The notes beneath the pieces are model-generated. The model was not told where the DNA came from. It searched no databases and worked only from the letters and a program-made list of their open reading frames with translations. DNA of 30,697 nucleotides, taken from positions 1 through 30,697 of the IMG/VR virus record IMGVR_UViG_3300030330_002830; one strand, given 5' to 3'. Positions within the stretch are counted from its first letter, which is position 1. Each line of letters starts with the position of its first letter. Made by a program: the position numbers and the translations under genes. This document shows, in pieces, positions 9,283 through 17,363 of the stretch. Source of the DNA: a virus. Its lineage: Duplodnaviria > Caudoviricetes.

Positions 9283-10316
9283 TATATGTTCCTGTAATTA
9301 TTTACGGTAGAATGTAATAGTTTGTTCCAACTGCTAACAAATCTTTCAAGACTATATCTTTCTACTATGGTTTGTCTTGCTTTTTTTCCTAATTCAATAG
9401 CTAGAGACTCATCTTTGAGTAGCAACTGTAAAAATCCCCTTAATTCCTGTGGATCATTTGATATTAGTCCGTTTTTACCATTTTCAATTATCTCCGGTAT
9501 CATGCAGTTCGCAGTGGAAACTACGGCGCATCCACAGGCCATAGCTTCTAATAATACACTAGGAACTGGTGAATGTAAAGATGTGTTGTAAAATATTCTT
9601 GAAGACTGATATATTTTTCTTAAATGGTCTATAGAACTTGCTGGCTCAGAAAATCCGGGACTTTTGCCGTATACTTTCACGGGCAGTTCTGAAGTGGTTT
9701 GTTTCCACAGATTAAAACCGCAACACCAGTCTCTATTGGGCCAGTCGTTTACCACAGAAAGACATGCGTTATCTCTTAGCGTAGAAACAATGTCTGATTC
9801 TGATTCTCCGTCGTTCCAAAACTCTGTGTCTACGCCATGTTCTACAACATCTCCAATAGAGTTCCACTGCTGCATATTGTAATTAGATATAAAGGAGTCT
9901 CTATCACTTGGATACTGTTGAAATGCCGCAACCTGATTAGCAACGTCAAATCTAACATCAGGAAGAACGTGAGTGTGTCTAAGAATTGGTACACCGGTTT
10001 TGTTGCCCTGAGTAACGTCTGATCCGGTCAGGTGCTGATGCGCCTGAAACATCCTGTCACACGAAGTGTGTGTTAAAATTAAATCAAAATCAATATAATC
10101 AGGTATCGTATCAATGATATGGTAATTATCTGGAACAGGAGCATAGTCCGTATCCCAAGTTTTACCAATAGCAATTGAATAAAAATTGTGTCCAGTTTTA
10201 CAAAGATTTTCTTCATATCTTTCATGCGTGGCGAAAGTCAATATGTTCAACTTTCTATCTAAATCACACTTTCGCATGATAGTTCTTATAGCTCTTTGAT
10301 TTGCGCTAGCAGCCAT
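9282..10316 (-). CDS. GT-B glycosyltransferase (GT4-like)
   Basis: VVEHGVDTEFW, FYNTSLHSPVPSVLLEAMACGCAVVST, IPEIIENGKNG, LGKKARQTIVERYS. Confidence 0.85.
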   Translation of the reverse strand: MAASANQRAIRTIMRKCDLDRKLNILTFATHERYEENLCKTGHNFYSIAIGKTWDTDYAPVPDNYHIIDTIPDYIDFDLILTHTSCDRMFQAHQHLTGSDVTQGNKTGVPILRHTHVLPDVRFDVANQVAAFQQYPSDRDSFISNYNMQQWNSIGDVVEHGVDTEFWNDGESESDIVSTLRDNACLSVVNDWPNRDWCCGFNLWKQTTSELPVKVYGKSPGFSEPASSIDHLRKIYQSSRIFYNTSLHSPVPSVLLEAMACGCAVVSTANCMIPEIIENGKNGLISNDPQELRGFLQLLLKDESLAIELGKKARQTIVERYSLERFVSSWNKLLHSTVNNYRNI

Positions 10317-11400
10317 TTAAAATCTCCTTCAATTTTAATCCTATTTCTTTGTGAGAAAACTGCGCGGCCCTTTTTAAAGCTTTATGACTTTGCTCTGTTT
10401 CTAACGATGTATTTCTTTTCATAAACGCTTGCCTCATTGCAAACATCAAAGATTTGATATCTATTTCCATCCAGTTCTCGTTTGCGGTATACATATTATG
10501 TAGCGTAGACATAGCGCCAAAACACGGTGATTCTTGAGATTTTACGGATATTCCTGAGCAAAAGTCATCCATACCTGTTCCTTGGGTATAAATAACCGGA
10601 ATCCCCATAGACATCGCCTCAAGCGCCGGAATGCAAAAACCTTCGCCGCGACTAGGCATAACAAAGGAATGGCATTGAGCTAAAACAGAAAGATAATCTT
10701 CTTCAGATAGCTGCCCGCATATGACAATTTCTTCCTTGTAATTTTTTCTTAGTTTAAGCCCCTCTTTAACTTGCTTGAAGTAATTTTGAACATAATCTAG
10801 ACTTTGTTGAGATGTTTTTATATACAAATTTACGTCTTCGTCTGTATCAAACTCCATGTGAAAAGCTTTTACCAGCGCTTGTATATTTTTTCTTTCTACA
10901 AATTCTCCAATAAATGCAAAATTAAAACTATGCAAAAGGTTTTCTATCTTAGAGCCTTTTTCTAAATATTTTATTTCATTGTATTTAGACGTATCTAAAG
11001 AATGCGGAGCGACTTTAACTTCCTTTGTAACTCCGCTTTGTAGACATGCGTTTTTACATGAGTTTGTAGGAACCCAAATTTCATCCATCAAATTGGCGTG
11101 ATGCTGCCAAGAGCTTTCTATAAAGTTGCTAGTTTCTGTAGCTACAAATCCTATGTTTTTAAATTTTGAATTGTAAGAATACAAGTGCGGAAGAGTATGT
11201 TGAATACAGATGTCACATCCAGCTTCTGAATTGCCTTCAAGATCTAAGACTCTTTCTGGACAGGTTCCCGCTGAGTTGTTAAAAGTTATAGGACGAGGCA
11301 CAACTTCTACACCAGCAGCATCTAATGCAAGTATATTGTTTATACAAGCGTTAGCCCAGCCAGTCCCGTCTTTATAATTTCCTATGTATAAGACTTTCAT
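10306..11400 (-). CDS. GT-B glycosyltransferase (GT4)
   Basis: ERKNIQALVKAF, FVMPSRGEGFCIPALEAMSMGIPVI (E-x7-E motif). Confidence 0.9.
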   Translation of the reverse strand: MKVLYIGNYKDGTGWANACINNILALDAAGVEVVPRPITFNNSAGTCPERVLDLEGNSEAGCDICIQHTLPHLYSYNSKFKNIGFVATETSNFIESSWQHHANLMDEIWVPTNSCKNACLQSGVTKEVKVAPHSLDTSKYNEIKYLEKGSKIENLLHSFNFAFIGEFVERKNIQALVKAFHMEFDTDEDVNLYIKTSQQSLDYVQNYFKQVKEGLKLRKNYKEEIVICGQLSEEDYLSVLAQCHSFVMPSRGEGFCIPALEAMSMGIPVIYTQGTGMDDFCSGISVKSQESPCFGAMSTLHNMYTANENWMEIDIKSLMFAMRQAFMKRNTSLETEQSHKALKRAAQFSHKEIGLKLKEILNGC

Positions 11401-13043
11401 TTAATACCCATTTCCTGTTGAATTTTATGAACCCTATTATTTTCCCAAACATTTAATTGATTTCTAAAATTAGCCATTTCTTCGCAGGCTTGTTCAATAG
11501 AAAACGGTGTATTGTTGTTTTGATTTTTTATATGAGATTCATTAAAGTAAAATTGTTTGTCCATATTTTCGCATCTGTAACCAAAAGAGACATCTCTCAA
11601 CACTCTTTTCCACAGATATCCACCGATCCATTCGGGCTTATGAAGTATATCTGTAAATATAAAATTGACAGCATCTGTTGTAGAAGTTAAACCTTGCGGA
11701 AGACTTTGGGCAGGCTCAAATATTTTTGCGGGAGAGTGCCAAGTTGTAGAAAGGTCTTTTGGCTCTACTGTTTTAAAGTGTTTAGCCCAAGCATCGGCGG
11801 CTTTATCCCAGCTATAATTTTCTAAAGCTTTAGCTCTAGTATTAGCCCCTATTGTCGGTAGCATATCTTTTTTTGCATGGAGTTCTTTTAAAATATTTAA
11901 CAAAGCCTGATTATTAGGTATTGCTCTCTTACATCCTGTCTCGCATTCAATGTAGTAAGAACTTGGAATTACGCCAAAACCTTCTATATTTTTAATAACA
12001 GAATGCATGGCAGAATAATCTACAGAAACAACTGGTAAGCCGCAATTAGCAGCTTCTAGCTGAGGCATTCCAAAGCCCTCGCTATTAGCGTACTGTATAT
12101 ACGTATCAAAGCAATTATAAACATTTGCTAATTCGTTGTCAGATACTGGATTAGCTATGCCTACCATGTGATTAGTCAGGGATTGGCAGTGTGGGCAGCT
12201 TTGTATGGAATTTTGGAAAAAGTCTACAGACACTTTTCCGCAGCTTTTACACTTATAAGTCACCAAAACCCTACTGGCTAATCCGTTTTGGTGTATCAAT
12301 TTAGGCAAATCCCAGCCTACATCTGGATAATATGTGTGACAGTAGAGAAAACAATTTGGATCTTGCGTCTCATCCAAGAACCTCCTAAATGTCTGCATCA
12401 AATCTGGATATAGTTTTCTTCTTTGATTTCTCATAACTGTACCAAAAATAAAACAGTCTGGAGAAATTCCCATGCTGGATTTATGTGCAGCCTTATTTGC
12501 CACCGGAGAAAAACAACTTGCCGCCGCAGGAGATGCGATATCTACAAAATTTATGTCATCACATTGATTAATTAATGTATCTCTACCAAATTCAGAGTAG
12601 GCAAATACTGCGTCAGCAGATGCGTATGTATTGATCCATTGATCGTATTGCGGTTCGGCATCTACAGTTGGCATGATTGCCCAATGAAAAAAATCTCTAA
12701 ACGGAGAACGCTGCTCAAACTCCATCATCCACCAGTCTCTAATATCCATCACAATATCTGGCTTAAAGTCTAGTAAGACAGAGTTAAATGACTGATCTCC
12801 AAATTGAGCGCTAGGATTGGCCTTGTATGCTTCGTACTCCGGGCTACTTGGTGATGGCTTATTACCGTAAAACTTCCAAGGCAAATTTTTACCTTGAGCC
12901 TCAGAACTTTCTGCATAACAACCGAGTTCTGCAACTTCAAATTCATCTATCTGACACAACCTAGACAAGACTTCCTTAGTATATACAGAATATCCTGTCG
13001 CATACCAAGACGCCTCAGTGCAAAAAAGTATTTTTTTCTTCAT
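11397..13043 (-). CDS. GT-B glycosyltransferase (GT4) with zinc-ribbon insertion
   Basis: TGYS, RNQRRK, SEGFGMPQLEAANCGLPVV (E-x7-E); inserted CKSC-x14-CPHC. Confidence 0.85.
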   Translation of the reverse strand: MKKKILFCTEASWYATGYSVYTKEVLSRLCQIDEFEVAELGCYAESSEAQGKNLPWKFYGNKPSPSSPEYEAYKANPSAQFGDQSFNSVLLDFKPDIVMDIRDWWMMEFEQRSPFRDFFHWAIMPTVDAEPQYDQWINTYASADAVFAYSEFGRDTLINQCDDINFVDIASPAAASCFSPVANKAAHKSSMGISPDCFIFGTVMRNQRRKLYPDLMQTFRRFLDETQDPNCFLYCHTYYPDVGWDLPKLIHQNGLASRVLVTYKCKSCGKVSVDFFQNSIQSCPHCQSLTNHMVGIANPVSDNELANVYNCFDTYIQYANSEGFGMPQLEAANCGLPVVSVDYSAMHSVIKNIEGFGVIPSSYYIECETGCKRAIPNNQALLNILKELHAKKDMLPTIGANTRAKALENYSWDKAADAWAKHFKTVEPKDLSTTWHSPAKIFEPAQSLPQGLTSTTDAVNFIFTDILHKPEWIGGYLWKRVLRDVSFGYRCENMDKQFYFNESHIKNQNNNTPFSIEQACEEMANFRNQLNVWENNRVHKIQQEMGIK

Positions 13044-13352
13044 TCAATTATCCGATGGAAATATTTTAAAATTGGTGACTCTAAAAAATGTTTCGTCATG
13101 AGGAAATCCGCTATTACTCCTAGCGGCGGCTTCAATAATCATTGTATCGTCTTCTTCAATATTGTCTCTTATAGCCATAGCAGCAGTGTCCCAAGCTTCA
13201 AAAGCTAAAATATTGCTCATGGTCTTGGACTTTCCACTTTTGGTCTTTCTTTTTTCTTCAATGTTAAGATAGAATATTATTCTACAAGTTTTTGAAAATT
13301 CTTCAAACTCAAAATTAGATAGGACTTTACCTAGAAAAAAACACTTGTTCAT
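13044..13352 (-). CDS. ssb: Single-stranded DNA-binding protein (SSB/PriB-like OB fold), no acidic tail
   Basis: MNKCFFLGKV start, FYLNI, AFEAWDTAA (SSB W...A), MIIEA; 102 aa; lies next to the polymerase. Confidence 0.65.
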   Translation of the reverse strand: MNKCFFLGKVLSNFEFEEFSKTCRIIFYLNIEEKRKTKSGKSKTMSNILAFEAWDTAAMAIRDNIEEDDTMIIEAAARSNSGFPHDETFFRVTNFKIFPSDN

Positions 13353-14890
13353 ATTTGGCTTGCTTTATTTACAATAATGGAGCTTTTGTCTTTTTTTGAC
13401 ACTTCTCCGTTGATCAAAACGGTATTACCCTCAATAAGAACATCTCTATGTTCTCTATAAGCGTCTGGAAAAACTGTAACAGAATCAAGTTCCCCGCTAG
13501 AATCCTCTACTGCAAGAAAAGCCATCAATTGACCGGGGTTTTTGCCGTTCTTCGTTTTGTACTCCCTCAACGAATTTATTTGAACTGCTAAGTTTACTTT
13601 CCCTTTTATAGTACCTTTTGATATGTCTTTGCACATAAAATTAGATAAATTGCCAGATACAGAGTCTGTCTTAGCACAAGTCAATGGACAGCCTAAAAAT
13701 TTAAGCTCTTGCTCTGCTATTGTTTCTACACTATCCGTAAGATCATAAAATGGATTTTCTAAAGATTCTTTAATATCATTTACTGTTGTAGCTCTTCTTG
13801 ACGTAATCTTAAAGTTGTCAATCAAGCTCTGTATATTTGCGCTAAGAGATAGCTTGCTGTCATAGTTTTCCTCTATGTATTTCTGTTCTCTGGCGGAAAG
13901 GTTTTTCCAACTGTCAAACTCATACAACATTTCCTGACGATTCTTGGTATTATTAACACCATTGAAAGCGCCAACGGAAATCAGTGATATGACTGCTCTT
14001 TTGTTTAGTTTACAACCATTTATAACTTTTACAAGAACGTCCATCCAAGTATATTTAGATATATCCTGACTAGAAACAAGCTCTTCAATTTTTTCACACT
14101 CTTTTGTGCCTACATTCTTAATGTGCCTCATGCCAAAGTATATTTTATCATCAATATCTGTAAAATTTGTATACATATACTGCAATCTAGGAGGGTAAAC
14201 CTCTATACCCTCAAACTTAGCATCCATCACAAGCTGCTTAATTTCAATCTGGGGCTTAGGTTTCCGATCCGACCTGTTTAGGTAGGACGTATAGAAGTCA
14301 AGCATACGATAGTTTTTGCAATATGCGCTCCAATATGCGTTGATCGCATAAGAAACGGCGTGAGACTTGTTAAAGGCGTATCTGTTAGACTTCTCAATCC
14401 AAGAAAAGATCTCTTCAGCAACATCTTTGCTTACAATTCCTTGTTTCTCTGTACCTTCTAGAAACGATTTCTTGACTTGCTCCATCAAGTCGGCTTTCTT
14501 TTTACCGATAGCCTTGCGCAGAGCGTCTGCTTCCTTGAGATCAAATCCGGCAAGCTTTTGTGCTATCATCATGGACTGCTCTTGATAAACAAGAACCCCA
14601 TAAGTTTCCTTTAGGATAGGTTCAACGGATTCGTGGGGATAGGTGACAGGATCTAGGTTTGCTTTTCTGTCAGCGTAGTGCTGTGTCATAGACTTACCTT
14701 CTGTGTAAGCCTTCAAACATCCCGGCCTAATCAAACTAATTAGTGCCGCAAGCTCGTTTACGCTTCTTGGGTTTACCTTTTTGGCCCAGTGTTTACCAAG
14801 ATTGGATTCAAGTTGAAACACACCCTTGGTACGTCCTTCACAAATCAAATCCCAAACACTATCATCACGAAAATCGTTGATATCAAACAT
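13349..14890 (-). CDS. dnaE: DNA polymerase III alpha, C-terminal half (fingers, HhH, OB domains)
   Basis: GVFQLES, LAALISLIRPG, ILKETYGVLVYQEQ, ADALRKAIGKK, YAFNKSHAVSYA, FGMRHIKNVG, MAFLAVEDSSGE OB fold. Start placed at ATG 14890 (GGGGA SD-like, 8-nt overlap with the exonuclease stop) rather than TTG 14920. Confidence 0.93.
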   Translation of the reverse strand: MFDINDFRDDSVWDLICEGRTKGVFQLESNLGKHWAKKVNPRSVNELAALISLIRPGCLKAYTEGKSMTQHYADRKANLDPVTYPHESVEPILKETYGVLVYQEQSMMIAQKLAGFDLKEADALRKAIGKKKADLMEQVKKSFLEGTEKQGIVSKDVAEEIFSWIEKSNRYAFNKSHAVSYAINAYWSAYCKNYRMLDFYTSYLNRSDRKPKPQIEIKQLVMDAKFEGIEVYPPRLQYMYTNFTDIDDKIYFGMRHIKNVGTKECEKIEELVSSQDISKYTWMDVLVKVINGCKLNKRAVISLISVGAFNGVNNTKNRQEMLYEFDSWKNLSAREQKYIEENYDSKLSLSANIQSLIDNFKITSRRATTVNDIKESLENPFYDLTDSVETIAEQELKFLGCPLTCAKTDSVSGNLSNFMCKDISKGTIKGKVNLAVQINSLREYKTKNGKNPGQLMAFLAVEDSSGELDSVTVFPDAYREHRDVLIEGNTVLINGEVSKKDKSSIIVNKASQI

Positions 14891-15575
14891 AAATTTCCCC
14901 ATTGGCAAATGTTTTTTCAAACTTCACCTTCTTCAATAGCGACCTTTGTAGTTTCATAAATTTAATCATAAGATTAGCGGTGTCTTTTACGTCTTGTAGC
15001 GCGTCATGAGCATTATCTTTGCTAGCCTGACTCATGCCAAAGTAATCGCGCATATAATCCATACCGTAACCTTTTACGTCCTGATTGTTTTCAAACCAGC
15101 AATAAATGTGTTGCATAACATCAATCGTAAAAATAGGATTGAATATACCCTGTCTGCCTCGTTTAGAGTCTACAGGGCCGTATTGTTGACACATACGCTC
15201 TACAATAGGCATATCATATCCATTAATATTGTAACCCGCAGCGATTGGCGCATAGTAACTTGTCTTTTTGAAATTATACTTATCGCAAAACTGCGCAAAT
15301 TTATTCCAAACAGTTTTAGGAAGTGGCGCTTTTGCTAGTTTGTCCCTTGTCTTTCTTGTAATCTTCAGAGCTTCATCTTCTAGTGGATCAACACCAGCCT
15401 TGATAGCTTCATCGTCGTCTATAATTGGCCTGATTTCGCTGTTGAATGTGCCTCCGGGCTGAAGCTCAAGCTTCCTAGCATGAATCGCTACAGCGGCGAT
15501 CTGAGTTGGTTGACAGGTGTAAGGATTTCTTCCACCAGTCTCAAAGTCAAACACTATAATATCTCTATAATTCAT
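14883..15575 (-). CDS. DEDDh 3'-5' exonuclease (DnaQ/epsilon-like)
   Basis: ExoI VFDFETGG, ExoII AGYNINGYD, ExoIII NAHDALQD. Confidence 0.88.
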   Translation of the reverse strand: MNYRDIIVFDFETGGRNPYTCQPTQIAAVAIHARKLELQPGGTFNSEIRPIIDDDEAIKAGVDPLEDEALKITRKTRDKLAKAPLPKTVWNKFAQFCDKYNFKKTSYYAPIAAGYNINGYDMPIVERMCQQYGPVDSKRGRQGIFNPIFTIDVMQHIYCWFENNQDVKGYGMDYMRDYFGMSQASKDNAHDALQDVKDTANLMIKFMKLQRSLLKKVKFEKTFANGEIYV

Positions 15576-15790
15576 GCTCGTTTTCCTTTTAGTTCTATAA
15601 ATTTATTAACTGCATCATCAATGTTCTTATAAATTTTGTATTCTTTATGTCTTTCAGACCAAACCTGATATTCATTGTCTGCAACAAGTCTTTTATTGTA
15701 GTTCTTGAGATTGCAAATGTGAACTTTATTAGATTCAATAGAACAACCAGAAAAGATTACTGATTTATAATCATCTGCCGTAGCCTGCAT
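15572..15790 (-). CDS. Hypothetical 72-aa protein between the dnaE halves
   Basis: Strong SD (AAAGGAG in the dnaE-N 3' end), ATG 1 nt after the upstream stop, ATGA overlap with the exonuclease gene. Confidence 0.7.
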   Translation of the reverse strand: MQATADDYKSVIFSGCSIESNKVHICNLKNYNKRLVADNEYQVWSERHKEYKIYKNIDDAVNKFIELKGKRA

Positions 15791-15791
15791 A

Positions 15792-17363
15792 TTATTCTCC
15801 TTTATTTGTTATTTCCATAATTTTACTTAGTAGATCAATAGCCAAGATATCAAACTTAACATGTCCTTGTGATTCTAAATCATTCATCTCAAAGCCTGCA
15901 ATATCTTTACCTGTTGTGTCCTTTACCATAGGGCATACATCTTTTAGCTTATGTTTTGATATAATTACACCAGCGGGATGTTTGCCTTGAGATTTGTTAG
16001 TGCCTTCAATTTTTATAGCTTGCTCAAAGAACTTTGCTAGTTCTCCCTCTAGCTCGCCATCTTCATTTATCTTACACCATTTTTTAAGATTGTCAGATTC
16101 ATTTTCTAAAGCCCATCTTATAATAGACCTATCTTCTTTATCCATCAATTCTAATTGATCAGATATCATAGCTTCGTCAGGAAGACAGTCTGTTATATCA
16201 TTCATTTCAGAAAATGACACAGCATCACTAATTCTTAAAACTTCTTTTAGCGCAGATTTTCCCTGTAGCCTGCCAAACGTAATCATCTGAGAAACGTTTT
16301 CCTGACCATACTTTTGTTTGATATAGTCAATAACCTCATCTCTATGTTCCGCAGGTACGTCTACATCAATATCTGGCAAAGAGATATAGTCATCTGTGTT
16401 TCTTCCTTCGTTGTAGAATCTTTCAAAAATCAATCCATATTCAATAGGGTCAACCTCTGTAATTCCTAGAAGATATGATATTAAACATCCAGCCGCAGAT
16501 CCTCTTCCCGGACCTGCAATCCATCCTTTATCCTTAACATAATTTACAATGTCTTGAACAATTAAAAAATATCCAGATAACCCAGCTTTAAAAATAACTT
16601 CCAGTTCCGTTTTAACTCTATCAAGATATTCTTGCTTATCTACGTCTAGATAAACTTTTTTAGCAGGGATTAGTTTCTTTTTCCAGCCATGACGACAAAG
16701 TTCTTTTAGATATTCGTTTTGATCAAATCCCTCTGGACAATCGAAGTCTGGCAGCATGGGCGGTCCTGTAAGCTCATACTCTTCGCACATGTCAGCTATC
16801 TTTGAAGTTGCAGACTTCTTTTTTGTCTTTGGCAAATACCATCTGTCATCCCCATCAAAGAATTCTGAAAACTCATGCTCTACACCTTCTATTTTTGTGA
16901 AGGTTTTTTTAAGCTTGCTACACAGCATAATTCTATGACAATCTGCATCGTCTTTATCAACATAGTAAATAGCTTCTTTTTTATAATCCATTTTGATATG
17001 ATTAGACTTGAATATCTTAGCGAATCCGTTTTTCTTTGGTGTTACACATAAGACATTGCCATTTTCTGCTATCTCTTTCAAAATGTCTATATTTTGATTT
17101 GACACATACTTAACCAAATCAAACCAGCCATCTTTGTTTTTTGCATATAGGATAAAGCCATCGAACTCGCATCCGATTACGGGTTTTACTTCATGCTTTT
17201 TACACTCTTGATGAAACTCTACAGCCCCAGAGATAGTGCCGAGATCAGCTATGCCGCAAGCGGTGTAGCCATACTCAGCGCATCTCTTTGCAAGTTTATC
17301 TGTTTTACAAAAGCCCTGCTGTAGACTAAAGTGAGTTTTACAGTTGATCGGAATCCAGTTCAT
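15792..17363 (-). CDS. dnaE: DNA polymerase III alpha, N-terminal half (PHP, palm, thumb)
   Basis: PHP-like start (KPVIGCE), GYFLIVQD, GPGRGSAAGCLISYLLGIT, LIFERF, catalytic PDIDVD, GKHPAGVII, third catalytic Asp in VKFDIL, stop 17 codons after the Asp. Confidence 0.95.
   Translation of the reverse strand: MNWIPINCKTHFSLQQGFCKTDKLAKRCAEYGYTACGIADLGTISGAVEFHQECKKHEVKPVIGCEFDGFILYAKNKDGWFDLVKYVSNQNIDILKEIAENGNVLCVTPKKNGFAKIFKSNHIKMDYKKEAIYYVDKDDADCHRIMLCSKLKKTFTKIEGVEHEFSEFFDGDDRWYLPKTKKKSATSKIADMCEEYELTGPPMLPDFDCPEGFDQNEYLKELCRHGWKKKLIPAKKVYLDVDKQEYLDRVKTELEVIFKAGLSGYFLIVQDIVNYVKDKGWIAGPGRGSAAGCLISYLLGITEVDPIEYGLIFERFYNEGRNTDDYISLPDIDVDVPAEHRDEVIDYIKQKYGQENVSQMITFGRLQGKSALKEVLRISDAVSFSEMNDITDCLPDEAMISDQLELMDKEDRSIIRWALENESDNLKKWCKINEDGELEGELAKFFEQAIKIEGTNKSQGKHPAGVIISKHKLKDVCPMVKDTTGKDIAGFEMNDLESQGHVKFDILAIDLLSKIMEITNKGE

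Noticed and set aside
1-13043. Ordinary bacterial O-antigen/capsule locus
   Set aside because: No flippase, polymerase, chain-length regulator or exporter is visible and the context is phage-like; not fully excluded because the cluster continues past the left edge
14883-15791. Split intein, self-splicing intron or mobile element interrupting dnaE
   Set aside because: No intein terminal motifs, no non-coding RNA-sized gap, no homing endonuclease or transposase; the intervening genes are coupled and the exonuclease fits the polymerase functionally
13349-17363. dnaE pseudogene, and the identical 523-aa lengths of both halves in the ORF track
   Set aside because: All catalytic motifs are intact and each half has its own start signals; the equal length is coincidental because the C-half probably starts at ATG 14890 (513 aa)
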